Assembly: GCA_018714855.1 (NCBI GenBank)
Contig: DVMT01000015.1
Location: 785 to 64,784, forward strand
DNA: 64,000 nt
Direction of reading: 5' to 3'
Origin: Candidatus Aphodocola excrementigallinarum
Lineage (GTDB): Bacteria > Bacillota_I > Bacilli_A > RF39 > UBA660
The notes beneath the pieces were generated by a model. The model ran no database searches. It was not told where the DNA came from and saw only the letters and a list, made by a program, of their open reading frames with translations. A program made the translations under genes and the position numbers. Positions 19,395-29,590 of the stretch are shown here, piece after piece (within the stretch, counting starts at the first letter, position 1; every line of letters begins with the position of its first letter).

Positions 19395-20492
19395 TTAATT
19401 ATTAAACCTAAATAAGCAAACGTCGCCATCTTGCATTACGTAATCTTTTCCCTCGCTACGAAGTTTTCCTGCTTCTTTAGCACCTTTTTCTCCGTTATAC
19501 TTTTTATAATCATCAAATGATATTACTTCCGCCCTGATAAAACCTTTTTCAAAGTCACTGTGAATAATTCCGGCACATTCTGGTGCCTTCATACCTTTTT
19601 TAAAAGTCCATGCCCTAACTTCTTTAGGTCCAGCAGTAAAATAAGTTTGAAGTCCTAATAAAGAATACGATGCCTTAATTAATTTATCAAGTCCACTTTC
19701 ATCAATACCAAGATCATTTAAAAACGCTGTTTTTTCTTCATCATCAAAGCCACTTAATTCTTCTTCTATTTTTGCACACAAAACAATAACCTCAGCGTTA
19801 TCCTTTTTTGCGTATTCTTTCACTTGTTTTACGTAATCATTTTCTTTATTTATGTCTTCTTCTTTTATGTTTGCAACGTATATTACTGGTTTTTTAGTAA
19901 GTAAGTTATATGCTTTTAGTATTTTTTCTTCATCTTTTGTATACTCTAATTTTCTTGCTGGAATATTATTTTCTAAAGCTTCTTTTATTCTTTTTAGAAG
20001 TTCTACTTCTTTTAGGGCATCTTTATCTTTTGTAGATACTGCTTTTTTCTCTATTTTACCTAGTCTATTATTAACTACTTCTAAATCACAAAAGATAAAC
20101 TCAACATCTATTATTTCAATATCACGAATGGGATCTGTTTTTCCTTCTACGTGGGTTATGTTTGCATCATCAAAACATCTTAATACTTCTACTACGGCAT
20201 CTACGTCCCTTATATGTGATAAGAACTTATTTCCTAATCCCTCACCGTGTGATGCCCCTTTAACTAGTCCTGCAATATCAGTAAATTCAAACGTTGTAGG
20301 TACCAAACTCTTTGGTTTTACTAATTCATTTAAAAAATCAAGTCTCTTATCAGGTACGGTTACCATTCCAACGTTTGGCTCAATGGTTGCAAATGGATAA
20401 TTAGCAGCTAAGATATGTTTTTTTGTAATAGCATTAAAAAGCGTTGATTTACCTACATTTGGTAATCCTACTATTCCTGCGGTTAAAGACAT
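19395..20492 (-). CDS. ychF: Ribosome-binding ATPase YchF
   Basis: GLPNVGKSTLFNA G1 motif and a TGS-like C-terminal domain. I moved the start to the ATG after the RBS AAGGAAAG; the track ORF begins at an upstream GTG. Confidence 0.9.
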   Translation of the reverse strand: MSLTAGIVGLPNVGKSTLFNAITKKHILAANYPFATIEPNVGMVTVPDKRLDFLNELVKPKSLVPTTFEFTDIAGLVKGASHGEGLGNKFLSHIRDVDAVVEVLRCFDDANITHVEGKTDPIRDIEIIDVEFIFCDLEVVNNRLGKIEKKAVSTKDKDALKEVELLKRIKEALENNIPARKLEYTKDEEKILKAYNLLTKKPVIYVANIKEEDINKENDYVKQVKEYAKKDNAEVIVLCAKIEEELSGFDDEEKTAFLNDLGIDESGLDKLIKASYSLLGLQTYFTAGPKEVRAWTFKKGMKAPECAGIIHSDFEKGFIRAEVISFDDYKKYNGEKGAKEAGKLRSEGKDYVMQDGDVCLFRFNN

Positions 20493-20558
20493 ATTAATCA
20501 CTTTCCTTTTCCTTTGGTATTATAACATTTAAGTTAAATAAAAAGCAATGCTAATGCA

Positions 20559-21215
20559 TTACTTACTTAATTTCTTAGTATTTGAACCATTTTCATCATA
20601 AAAAGTACATAGATTTAATGATGGTAAATCATCTACATATTGCTTTGTCATGGTTAAAACTTTTTTCTTTACTTTACCATAAGAGAATGGAATTAAAGTA
20701 AAATTATTACCCATTAAATTACCATTTACTTCATAAGTTGCATTTAAATTATCAAGCGATACACTTTGCCAAAATTCAATTGGGCTTAATTTGTGCTTTT
20801 TATAATATTCTTGAGCTATTTTAGTTATATAAAGTAATTGATCATCTTTATTTTCCAAATTAGATAATTGTCTTGCAAAATAATTATTTTCTTCTGTTTC
20901 TAAATTTGTTAATTTTTTAAATTCTAGAAATGGAATATATATTACACTATTCTCTTTTATTTCATTATCACTATTAACTTTTACTAATTTTACCGTACTA
21001 TATCTATCACGTAAAGGATATGAAGTAATACCATATCTATATGCAGCTCCATATTTATATGGGTTTTTATAAGAAGGTAATATACTATCTACTTTATATA
21101 CTCCCATTGGAATAACATCATATGAATCTCCGTATGATAACATAAAACCATAACTATTATTTAAATTATCTATGATTTCTTTTTTGTCTTTATTCATAAT
21201 TTTCTCCCCTTTCAA
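20559..21215 (-). CDS. Hypothetical protein
   Basis: 218-aa ORF with no motif I recognise. Confidence 0.35.
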   Translation of the reverse strand: MKGEKIMNKDKKEIIDNLNNSYGFMLSYGDSYDVIPMGVYKVDSILPSYKNPYKYGAAYRYGITSYPLRDRYSTVKLVKVNSDNEIKENSVIYIPFLEFKKLTNLETEENNYFARQLSNLENKDDQLLYITKIAQEYYKKHKLSPIEFWQSVSLDNLNATYEVNGNLMGNNFTLIPFSYGKVKKKVLTMTKQYVDDLPSLNLCTFYDENGSNTKKLSK

Positions 21216-21345
21216 GTGTTTGATATGCTACCACATAAATAAGTCTATGTCAAGGGATTAAAAAAAGAGCTACATAAGCTTCTTTTTAATATGTAAGATA
21301 AATTTTTTAATGTTTATGTAATATTAACTCTATAATAACATATAA

Positions 21346-22323
21346 TTATTTTCCTTGGTTTTCTATATAAAACGCATAATATTCATCATATGTAATATCA
21401 TTTTTATGCATTGTTGTTGCAGCATCAACGCCAACGTATCTCCAGTGCCATGACTCGGCTGAATAACCAGTTAAGTACTCCTTATCTTCAGGATATCTTT
21501 CAATAAATCCATATTTATAAGCATTTTCTTTTAACCATTTGTATGCATCACTATTTTTAAACTCATTAGCTGAAGCCTCAGTAGTACTTGTCATATCAAC
21601 TACAAGACCGGTTTGATGTTCTGAATGACCTGGCCTTGCCGCCGTTTCATCAGCCGCTCTTTGTCCATAAGTTTCTTTTCTATAATTGTAAACTTCTTCT
21701 TGACTTTCATAATCACGATAACTAGATGTTACCATCAAATGATACCCTTCATCATATGCAGCATTCCATAAATCTAAGAAATGTTCATAAGCATAGTCTA
21801 TTAATTTATTATCTCCCTCGTTACCATACGAATAATCAAGAGGTATTGTAACTAAATTTTCTGGAGCATAATCTTTTGTTAATGCATAAAACTTATTTAC
21901 TATCATTAACTCGTTTTTTGACGTGTCAGTTTCTAATTCTTCATCATACCAATCATGATCTGCATTAACGTTTATAATTGCAACAACGTCTTTTGTGTTT
22001 GTGTTTTTATTTTCATCATAATAAGCTAAATATTCATTTAAATTCTTATCTATATAATACTTTTCTTTTGCAAAAGATACTACATCATCATCTTTATCTT
22101 TAGTTAATAAATCTTTTACTGTATTATTAGAAAGTTTTTCTAATAAAATATCCACTTCATTATCAGTATAACCTAACTGTAAGAGTTTATATTCATTTGA
22201 TTGCCTATATTTATACTCTTTATAAAGATTTACGCCTATTACTATTACGATTATTAATATAATAACAAAAATTACATAATATACCCACTTTTTTAGCTTT
22301 AACCGTTTTTTATTTTGACTCAT
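21346..22323 (-). CDS. VanY/M15B-family D-alanyl-D-alanine carboxypeptidase with N-terminal TM anchor
   Basis: M15B motifs SSYRDYESQ, SEHQTGLVVD and WHWRY. Confidence 0.7.
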   Translation of the reverse strand: MSQNKKRLKLKKWVYYVIFVIILIIVIVIGVNLYKEYKYRQSNEYKLLQLGYTDNEVDILLEKLSNNTVKDLLTKDKDDDVVSFAKEKYYIDKNLNEYLAYYDENKNTNTKDVVAIINVNADHDWYDEELETDTSKNELMIVNKFYALTKDYAPENLVTIPLDYSYGNEGDNKLIDYAYEHFLDLWNAAYDEGYHLMVTSSYRDYESQEEVYNYRKETYGQRAADETAARPGHSEHQTGLVVDMTSTTEASANEFKNSDAYKWLKENAYKYGFIERYPEDKEYLTGYSAESWHWRYVGVDAATTMHKNDITYDEYYAFYIENQGK

Positions 22324-22362
22324 GTTTCACTTCCTAACTTTAATTTATTATGTTAGTTTATT

Positions 22363-23910
22363 TTATATCGTAGGATAAATACCTGGCCCTATTGGAAGAC
22401 CAATTACATACCAACAAATTATCATAAGTAAGAATAATAGTGTAATTGATAAGAAGTAAGGAAGTATTACTCTATAACAGCCTCTTATACTAAAATCATT
22501 TTTATTTTTAGTAAATACTTCTATAAATCCAATAAATATTACAAAGTAAGTAAATAATGGAGTAATAACGTTAGTTGCTGCTTCTGCTAATCTAAATACT
22601 AGTTGTGCAAATTCTGGTGATATATTAGCTCTTATTACCGCTGGCATAATATTAGGTGCAATAATTGACCATTTAGCAACTGAACCTGGAAGCAAAATGT
22701 TACAAATCATTGCAAATACAAATATTAATAACACAAGTGGAATAAAGGAGAATTCCGATGCTTTTATAACGTTAGATAAAAGACCAGTTATAACAACTCC
22801 AATGTTTGTTTCGGCAACCAAAGCATTTAATTGAGCAGCAAAGAAAATAAGAACAAATATTCCACCGATACTTTTTAAGTAATCAGTTGAAAAATTAACC
22901 ATGTCTCTTATTTTTCTAATGGTTCCAGTTATAACACCAAAAACAAAACCTTGTACCGCAAATATAAATGATACTATTCCTACTATGTTTGTCATTAAAA
23001 GCGAATCTGAAGAAAATAACATTTGCGTATATGTATCTTGTGATTTATCTAAAAGAAGGCCTAAGAAACTATCTCCTTTTACCGGAATAATCATAAGAAC
23101 AATAGGTATTAAAAGAATAACCGTTGCAATTATTGCCCCAATTATACCTTTCTTTTCTTTTTTTTCTTCTAATACTAACTCTTCTTCATCTTCTATTTGG
23201 TTTTTACCAAGTTTTCTAGATACTATTTTTTCCGTAATAAACGTACATAAAGCCGCTAATAAAATGGATGCAATTATTATGAAAATTAGATTTCCACTTT
23301 GGGATATAGTGTACTCGGTATCAAGTAGTTTAGCACTTGCTTCTGTGTAACTTGTTAAATTATAATCAAGCTGCGTTAGGAAAAGACCAGCACCATGTCC
23401 TGCTGCAATCGATGCAAAACCAAGGGCTAGGCCACCGATAGGATTTCTGTTCATACTCATGAACAACACTGCACCAAGTGGTAATAAAAGAACGTATCCA
23501 ACGTTGTTATCAATACTTGCTATAATACATATTAAAGAAAATATGAAAACTATTATAAACTTAGGAATTTTCTTAGTTATTTTATTACATACGGTTTTTA
23601 AAAATCCTGATTTTAAGGCTATACCAAATGATATTGCCGCTATTAAAAGCGAACCAAAAGGTACAAAATTAACTAAGTTATCATAAGCTGATGTAATAAG
23701 AAACTTTATACCATCTAAACTTAAAAGTGAATTAACCGCAACGGTTGATGTTTCTACTTCACCAGCAATCGTTGTTAATCTATCATAAGTTGCTTGCATG
23801 TTAAAAGTGCTTGCTATTGCACTTATTATCACAACCAATATTGACATGTATATAAAAAACATGACTGGATGAGATGATCTTTTTAATTTCTTTGGATTTA
23901 TCATTTTCAT
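22363..23910 (-). CDS. AbgT-family transporter (p-aminobenzoyl-glutamate / antimetabolite transporter family)
   Basis: About 515 aa and polytopic. The N-terminus (KRSSHPVMFFIYM...NLVNFVPFGSLLIAAISFGIALKSGF) matches the AbgT family. Confidence 0.65.
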   Translation of the reverse strand: MKMINPKKLKRSSHPVMFFIYMSILVVIISAIASTFNMQATYDRLTTIAGEVETSTVAVNSLLSLDGIKFLITSAYDNLVNFVPFGSLLIAAISFGIALKSGFLKTVCNKITKKIPKFIIVFIFSLICIIASIDNNVGYVLLLPLGAVLFMSMNRNPIGGLALGFASIAAGHGAGLFLTQLDYNLTSYTEASAKLLDTEYTISQSGNLIFIIIASILLAALCTFITEKIVSRKLGKNQIEDEEELVLEEKKEKKGIIGAIIATVILLIPIVLMIIPVKGDSFLGLLLDKSQDTYTQMLFSSDSLLMTNIVGIVSFIFAVQGFVFGVITGTIRKIRDMVNFSTDYLKSIGGIFVLIFFAAQLNALVAETNIGVVITGLLSNVIKASEFSFIPLVLLIFVFAMICNILLPGSVAKWSIIAPNIMPAVIRANISPEFAQLVFRLAEAATNVITPLFTYFVIFIGFIEVFTKNKNDFSIRGCYRVILPYFLSITLLFLLMIICWYVIGLPIGPGIYPTI

Positions 23911-24095
23911 TCCTCCGTTATAACCTTTTTAATCTTTTTATTAAAATCTACTCTAGGTAGCATAATCGTTCTTCCACAATTAGTGCATTTTATTTTTATG
24001 TCTACACCAACGCGAATTACTTTAAACGTATCACAACCACATGGATGCTGTTTTTTCATTTTAACAATGGAATTTAACTCATAATTATTTTTCAT
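23907..24095 (-). CDS. DUF951 family small protein
   Basis: 62 aa: IVKMKKQHPCGCDTFKVIRVGVDIKIKCTNCGRTIMLPR. Confidence 0.6.
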   Translation of the reverse strand: MKNNYELNSIVKMKKQHPCGCDTFKVIRVGVDIKIKCTNCGRTIMLPRVDFNKKIKKVITEE

Positions 24096-24891
24096 TATGA
24101 ACCTCTATTTGCATGTATGGAATTTTAATACCACTTTTATCTAACGCATCTTTGAACTCTTTTTTCATTAGTCTTTGTGCCTCGTAGTGTTTTGTTGGCT
24201 TACACTTCGCAACTACCCTAATTACAACAGATGAATCAGCAAGTTCCTCGACTCCCCAAACTTCTGGTTCGTCGGTTAAAAAGGGAATTTTATCTTTTAA
24301 CGTTGCAGCGCGTGTTTTTAATATTTTTTCTGCTTTATCTATGTTTGTTTCATAACTTATTGGAACGTCTACTACCGCCATTGTTTTATCCAAGCTATAG
24401 TTAATAACTTCCGTTATGTTTCTGTTTGATATTATTTTTATCTCACCAGTGTATGCTTGAACTCTTGTTGCCTTAAGCCCAATTGAAGTTACCGTACCGG
24501 TAAAGTCTCCAATCTTAACTAAGTCTCCTACCGCATACCAGTTTTCAAACAATATTGATGCTCCAACCAAAATATCTTTCAATATATCTTGAAAAGCAAG
24601 TCCAACAACTAATGATACAACTCCTAATCCAGTAATTAACGCTGCCGTATTAACTCCATAAACGCTTAATAATGATAAGATTGCTAAAACCCATATTACG
24701 TATTTAACAACGTTACATAAAAGGCTTCTTATTGTTTTTACCTTTCTGGTATCAAACCTTTTATGTTTTTTTTCCGGATTAAAGGTTTTTTTAATAATTG
24801 CCTTCAAGAGTTTTTCTAAGATAAATGCAACAACGATTATGATAACCGTCATGTATATCTCTTCAGCAATTGTAAGTCCAAAGATTTTCAT
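24085..24891 (-). CDS. Small-conductance mechanosensitive channel (MscS family)
   Basis: TM helices followed by a conserved beta domain (GDFTGTVTSIGLKATRVQAYTGEIKIISN). Confidence 0.8.
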   Translation of the reverse strand: MKIFGLTIAEEIYMTVIIIVVAFILEKLLKAIIKKTFNPEKKHKRFDTRKVKTIRSLLCNVVKYVIWVLAILSLLSVYGVNTAALITGLGVVSLVVGLAFQDILKDILVGASILFENWYAVGDLVKIGDFTGTVTSIGLKATRVQAYTGEIKIISNRNITEVINYSLDKTMAVVDVPISYETNIDKAEKILKTRAATLKDKIPFLTDEPEVWGVEELADSSVVIRVVAKCKPTKHYEAQRLMKKEFKDALDKSGIKIPYMQIEVHNEK

Positions 24892-24901
24892 AATAATTCT
24901 C

Positions 24902-25798
24902 CTATTCCACTTCTATGTTTAATATCTCTAAAATACGATTTAAATCCTCTTTAGTTGCAAACGAGATTTTTATTTTATTATCAGAAATTGCTACTTTAGT
25001 TCCTAATTTTTCTTTCATAGCATCTTCTACATGTTTATATTCCTTTGATTTTTTAGGTTTGCTAACTGGCGTTTTTCTTGCGAAGGTGTTTTCGTTTGTT
25101 AACTCTTCTAAATCCCTTACACTTAGGTTTTCATTTACTACCTTATTTGCAAGTTCTTCTATTTGATCGTGATTTTCAAGCTTACTTAAAACACGTGCGT
25201 GTCCCATTGAAAGTTTTCCATATAATACCATGTCTTGCACGTTTAAAGGAAGTCTTAAAAGTCCTAACATATTAGTTATGTGGCTTCTTGATTTACCTAG
25301 TTTTTTAGCAAGTTCATCTTGAGTTAACCTCATCGTTTCAATGATTGACTTATATGCTTTAGCCTCTTCTATCGCAGATAAATCCTCTCTTTGTAAGTTC
25401 TCTAAAAGAGCAACCTGCATCATTTCATCATCAGTAAAATCTTTTATTATGGCAGGTATTTTGGTTAAGCCTGCTAATTTTGATGCTTTAACCCTTCTTT
25501 CACCCGCGATTATGTTATAGCCTTTAACACTTTTTTTAACTATTATAGGCTGAAATACACCATGTTCTTTTATTGATGAGGCAAGCTCTTGTAATGCATC
25601 CTCATCAAACACTTTTCTTGGCTGATAAGGATTAGGCATTAACTCGTTTAAGTCTAGCTCTACTATCTCATCTTTTGGAGTTTCATCAATTATTTTGTTT
25701 TCTATGTTGTTAAAATCTAAAACCTCAGTGTTGAAAAGTTGTTCTAACCCCATTCCTAAAGCCCTTCTTTTACTCTGTTCTTCCTTCATTATGTTCAA
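24902..25798 (-). CDS. parB: Chromosome partitioning protein ParB/Spo0J
   Basis: ParB box (IIAGERRVKASKLAG) and an HTH. Confidence 0.85.
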   Translation of the reverse strand: MNIMKEEQSKRRALGMGLEQLFNTEVLDFNNIENKIIDETPKDEIVELDLNELMPNPYQPRKVFDEDALQELASSIKEHGVFQPIIVKKSVKGYNIIAGERRVKASKLAGLTKIPAIIKDFTDDEMMQVALLENLQREDLSAIEEAKAYKSIIETMRLTQDELAKKLGKSRSHITNMLGLLRLPLNVQDMVLYGKLSMGHARVLSKLENHDQIEELANKVVNENLSVRDLEELTNENTFARKTPVSKPKKSKEYKHVEDAMKEKLGTKVAISDNKIKISFATKEDLNRILEILNIEVE

Positions 25799-26564
25799 TT
25801 ACCTCCTTTGCTAGGTTAAGGTACGCTTCGGTACCCCTACTCATTGGATCATACGCGATTATTGGCTTTCCATGAGAAGGTGCCTCAGTAAGCCTTATTA
25901 ATCTTGGAATTAACGTGTTATATACTCTTTCTTTAAAAAAGCCTCTTATTTCTTCTACTACTTCAAGTCCTAGATTAGTTCTAGAATCAAGCATGGTTAA
26001 AAGTACCCCTTCTATTTCAAGCGTTGGATTAAGTTTTCTTTGTGCAAGCATGATTGAATTTAGAAGCTGCATAATACCTTCAAGCGCAAAGAACTCACAC
26101 TGAACAGGTATTAAAACAGAATTAGCAGCCGTTAGAGCATTAGTTGTTAAAAGGCCTAAAGATGGTGGGCAATCTATAATAATATAATCATAATTATCCT
26201 TAATAGGTTCAATCGCTAATTTTAACTGCATGTTTTTTTGAAAAGTAGGATCAACCTTTGACTTTTCAATTAACTCTATATCTGCACCTGCTAGATTAAT
26301 CGTTGCAGGAATTATACTTAAATTCTTAAAGTTAGTTCTTATTATTGCATCTGTTGCCTCACATCTTCCAAGCAAAAGATCATAAATGCTTTTTGAAACA
26401 TCACCTTTATTAATTCCAACACCTGTCGAACAATTTCCTTGCGGATCTAAATCGATAAGTAATACTTTTTTACCTTGAACGCCTAAAGAAGCGGCTAAAT
26501 TTATACTAGTCGTTGTTTTACCTACTCCACCTTTTTGGTTTACCAATGCTATTACTCTTGCCAT
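25770..26564 (-). CDS. parA: Chromosome partitioning ATPase ParA/Soj
   Basis: Deviant Walker A (VNQKGGVGKTTTS). Confidence 0.9.
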   Translation of the reverse strand: MARVIALVNQKGGVGKTTTSINLAASLGVQGKKVLLIDLDPQGNCSTGVGINKGDVSKSIYDLLLGRCEATDAIIRTNFKNLSIIPATINLAGADIELIEKSKVDPTFQKNMQLKLAIEPIKDNYDYIIIDCPPSLGLLTTNALTAANSVLIPVQCEFFALEGIMQLLNSIMLAQRKLNPTLEIEGVLLTMLDSRTNLGLEVVEEIRGFFKERVYNTLIPRLIRLTEAPSHGKPIIAYDPMSRGTEAYLNLAKEVIEHNEGRTE

Positions 26565-26651
26565 TTACCTCACTTCTTTCCTGCTACTTTGTATTATTTA
26601 TAACAATACTATTATACATAAAAAAAGGTATTTTTTAAAGACTTAATTAAA

Positions 26652-27584
26652 TTAATTTTGATTCCTTAATTTATCCGCAAACTCCTTTATCTTTCTGAAC
26701 CTATGATTTAAACATGATTTACTAACGTTTAAACCAGTTTCTAAAGTCATTATTTTACTAAGCTCTAAAAGAGAGGTCTCAGGATACTTAACCCTGTAAT
26801 CCGCACTTTCTTTTAATTTGTCATCTAAAAGATCAAACGCATCACGCTCTTTGATATAGTTAATTTCAGAAATAAGTTTATTAGATGTTGCAAGCGTTTT
26901 TTCAACGTTTGCCTGCTCACAGTTATTTAAACGGTTAGTCATGTTTATCTTTTCACGGTAAACTCTTATTTCTTCATAATACATAACTCCGTTATAAGCT
27001 CTTATAAGTCTTAAAAAATCACTTATTTTTTCAGCTTCCTTAATATATATCATGTAACCCTTTTTACGATGCAGGATCTTACTGTTTAAATTACACTCAT
27101 TAAGTAAGTCGTTTAAAAAATTAGCATACTTAGTATCATTAATTAAGAACTCCAAATGATACCTTGATGTTTTAGGATCATTTAGACTTCCAGAAACTAA
27201 AAACACTCCTCTTAAGTATGCTCTTTTTAACTCTTCATCAGAAAGCATAGACTCACTTGGTATTATTAAAAGCTCGTTTTTTTCATTTACTATTCCTAAA
27301 TCACGAAGTACTTTTAACGTTTCTTTTTTAAGTTCTAATACATATATTTCATTTTTCTTAAAGTTATAATTCTTTCTTAGTGATATATTTAAGTTGATAT
27401 CATATAAAATTTTAAACAAACCAAAAATGCGATTTGCAACAAACTTGTTTTCAGTTTGTATTTTTATGTTATATATCTTTATTTGTGCACTAGTTCTAAT
27501 TATTCCTGATAATTCAGATAAGTACTCAGCCCTAGTACACTCAGTTGTACTAATTTCTTTTTTAATTTTACTCGAAAACGTCAT
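26652..27584 (-). CDS. whiA: DNA-binding sporulation/cell-division regulator WhiA
   Basis: WhiA N-terminus (MTFSSKIKKEIS...RAEYLSELSGIIR), a degenerate LAGLIDADG region and a C-terminal HTH (SLLELSKIM...SKSCLNHRFRKIKEFADKL). Confidence 0.75.
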   Translation of the reverse strand: MTFSSKIKKEISTTECTRAEYLSELSGIIRTSAQIKIYNIKIQTENKFVANRIFGLFKILYDINLNISLRKNYNFKKNEIYVLELKKETLKVLRDLGIVNEKNELLIIPSESMLSDEELKRAYLRGVFLVSGSLNDPKTSRYHLEFLINDTKYANFLNDLLNECNLNSKILHRKKGYMIYIKEAEKISDFLRLIRAYNGVMYYEEIRVYREKINMTNRLNNCEQANVEKTLATSNKLISEINYIKERDAFDLLDDKLKESADYRVKYPETSLLELSKIMTLETGLNVSKSCLNHRFRKIKEFADKLRNQN

Positions 27585-27707
27585 ACCATCACTTCCTTAC
27601 CATAAGAATTATATCAGATAATGGTTTCTTTTTCAACATATCCGGGTGTTTTTATTGACTTTAATTTAAAAATAAATATAATATATACACAAGAAAGGAA
27701 AGAAATT

Positions 27708-28679
27708 ATGGATAAGACTATAGAAATACCAAAATTAACGATATTAACAAAAGAACAAGTATATGGTGATAATAAACTAAACATATTTAAAGTAATAGAC
27801 CCAAAAGCAGCGGTTAGTGATACTGCTATTTTAAGAGGAGCTTATGTATCTAATTATCACGTAGATAATGATAGTTCTCTAGGAGGAAGAACAGGTTATT
27901 ATTGGCTTCAAAACTCAGATAGAGACGGAGACGTACTCAGCATTGGTCCAGATGGTGATAGCGACTGTCTCGTTCGTATCAGACGCTCTAGCGGAGTGCG
28001 CGCAGCTTTGCCGTACTCATCAATCCAAAATCTTCCACATACAATTAAAACAAGACCAAATGGATTAGAAGAAATAACATATGGTTATTATCCGGGATCA
28101 GCGACAAATAAATTTATACAAAGATCTCTAGAGGACTCATACAATGCTGGTGACCTAACTAGTATTGGGACGGGTTGCATTTTTGATGGTAGAAAATATG
28201 ATGATTATGGCGAAGATTTTTTACCAGAAAAGCAAGAGTATTTTGAATACAATGGAGAAATATATGCTAGAATAAGAGCTAATTCGGGTTTTGATGATAC
28301 TTATTTCACTCTTTCTAATGAAGAAAAATATAAAAATGGCAATTATGTTTGGATTAAAGTTGAGCCAATCGTATGGTTAAAACATCCGCTTGATGACATC
28401 ATGATTAGTGAAAAAGAAATAATAGCGGGTGTTAGATTTGATAAAACCATAGGCGGATATAATGACGATTTTAATACAACAAAATTAAAATGGTTCTTGG
28501 ATAATCATTTATCTAAAGATATTCTTTCTTTAGATAAACTTAAAAAAGATATTAATAAGAATAATTATAGTGATGATGAAATAAAAACAATAAATAATTT
28601 TATTTATCTTAATGAAAATGGTAAAACTCTAAAGAAAAAGAAAATAATTGTTAAAGCAAAAAGAAAGTCTAATAACTAA
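27708..28679 (+). CDS. Hypothetical protein with a YW...GVRAAL-type conserved motif (DUF6273-like?)
   Basis: Start placed at the ATG after the RBS AAGGAA (the track ORF starts 87 nt upstream). Contains an unusually GC-rich segment at about 27921-28015. Confidence 0.45.
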   Translation: MDKTIEIPKLTILTKEQVYGDNKLNIFKVIDPKAAVSDTAILRGAYVSNYHVDNDSSLGGRTGYYWLQNSDRDGDVLSIGPDGDSDCLVRIRRSSGVRAALPYSSIQNLPHTIKTRPNGLEEITYGYYPGSATNKFIQRSLEDSYNAGDLTSIGTGCIFDGRKYDDYGEDFLPEKQEYFEYNGEIYARIRANSGFDDTYFTLSNEEKYKNGNYVWIKVEPIVWLKHPLDDIMISEKEIIAGVRFDKTIGGYNDDFNTTKLKWFLDNHLSKDILSLDKLKKDINKNNYSDDEIKTINNFIYLNENGKTLKKKKIIVKAKRKSNN

Positions 28680-29590
28680 CCATTAGACTTTCTTATTTTT
28701 TTAATTATGTTTGTTGCTGCAATCGCGCCTTCTGCTGTTGCTGTTACAACCTGGTATAAATCCTTACTTACCGAGTCTCCTGCAGCGTAAACGTTATCAT
28801 CGCTTGTTTTCATTTCAGTATCAACGATTATTCCTTTGTTATCAGACTCTAAATTAAGGTTTTGATAATATGCTATTGATGCTTCTTGCCCAATGCAAAC
28901 AAATATTGCACTAGCATCTATCTTTTCATCATCATTTAAAATAACACCAGTTACTTTTTTAGTATCTCCTAATACTTCTTTTACTTTTTTATTTAAAAGT
29001 ACTTTAACGTTTTTACGTTTTATTACGTCTTTTTCTTTTTCATCTGCTCTTAATACGTTTGATCTATTTATTATGTATACAGATCGTGCTATATCACTCA
29101 TGTATGTTGCTGCTTCCATTGCTGAGTTTCCACCACCGACTACGATAACATCTTTATCCTTATATAAAGCACCATCACAAACTGCACAGTATGATATACC
29201 TTTATTTTCGTACGTATCAGCACCTACTGCATCTAGTTTTCTTGGAGTCTTTCCGGTTGCTATTAAAATATAATTAGACGTATATTTATTATTTTCTGTT
29301 ATAACAATATAACCATTACTTTCTTTTTCTATGTTTATTACTTTTTCAGTTTTAAATGGAACAGAAAGTTCTTCTACTTGAGAATACATTCTAAAAGCAA
29401 GCGTCGAGCCGTCACCATCTTGATATCCTGGATAATTCTCTATTTTATGAGTTTTGTTAAGTGTTCCACCGGGTGCGGATGCTTCTAGTATTAAAGGAGT
29501 AATACCTGCTCTTTTAAAGTATATGGCAGCACAAAGCCCAGCTGGTCCTGCCCCTATTATAATAACATCATAATTAACATTTGATTTCAT
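28676..29590 (-). CDS. trxB: Thioredoxin-disulfide reductase
   Basis: FAD motif (GAGPAG), redox CAVC, and NADPH motif GGGNSA. Confidence 0.9.
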   Translation of the reverse strand: MKSNVNYDVIIIGAGPAGLCAAIYFKRAGITPLILEASAPGGTLNKTHKIENYPGYQDGDGSTLAFRMYSQVEELSVPFKTEKVINIEKESNGYIVITENNKYTSNYILIATGKTPRKLDAVGADTYENKGISYCAVCDGALYKDKDVIVVGGGNSAMEAATYMSDIARSVYIINRSNVLRADEKEKDVIKRKNVKVLLNKKVKEVLGDTKKVTGVILNDDEKIDASAIFVCIGQEASIAYYQNLNLESDNKGIIVDTEMKTSDDNVYAAGDSVSKDLYQVVTATAEGAIAATNIIKKIRKSNG

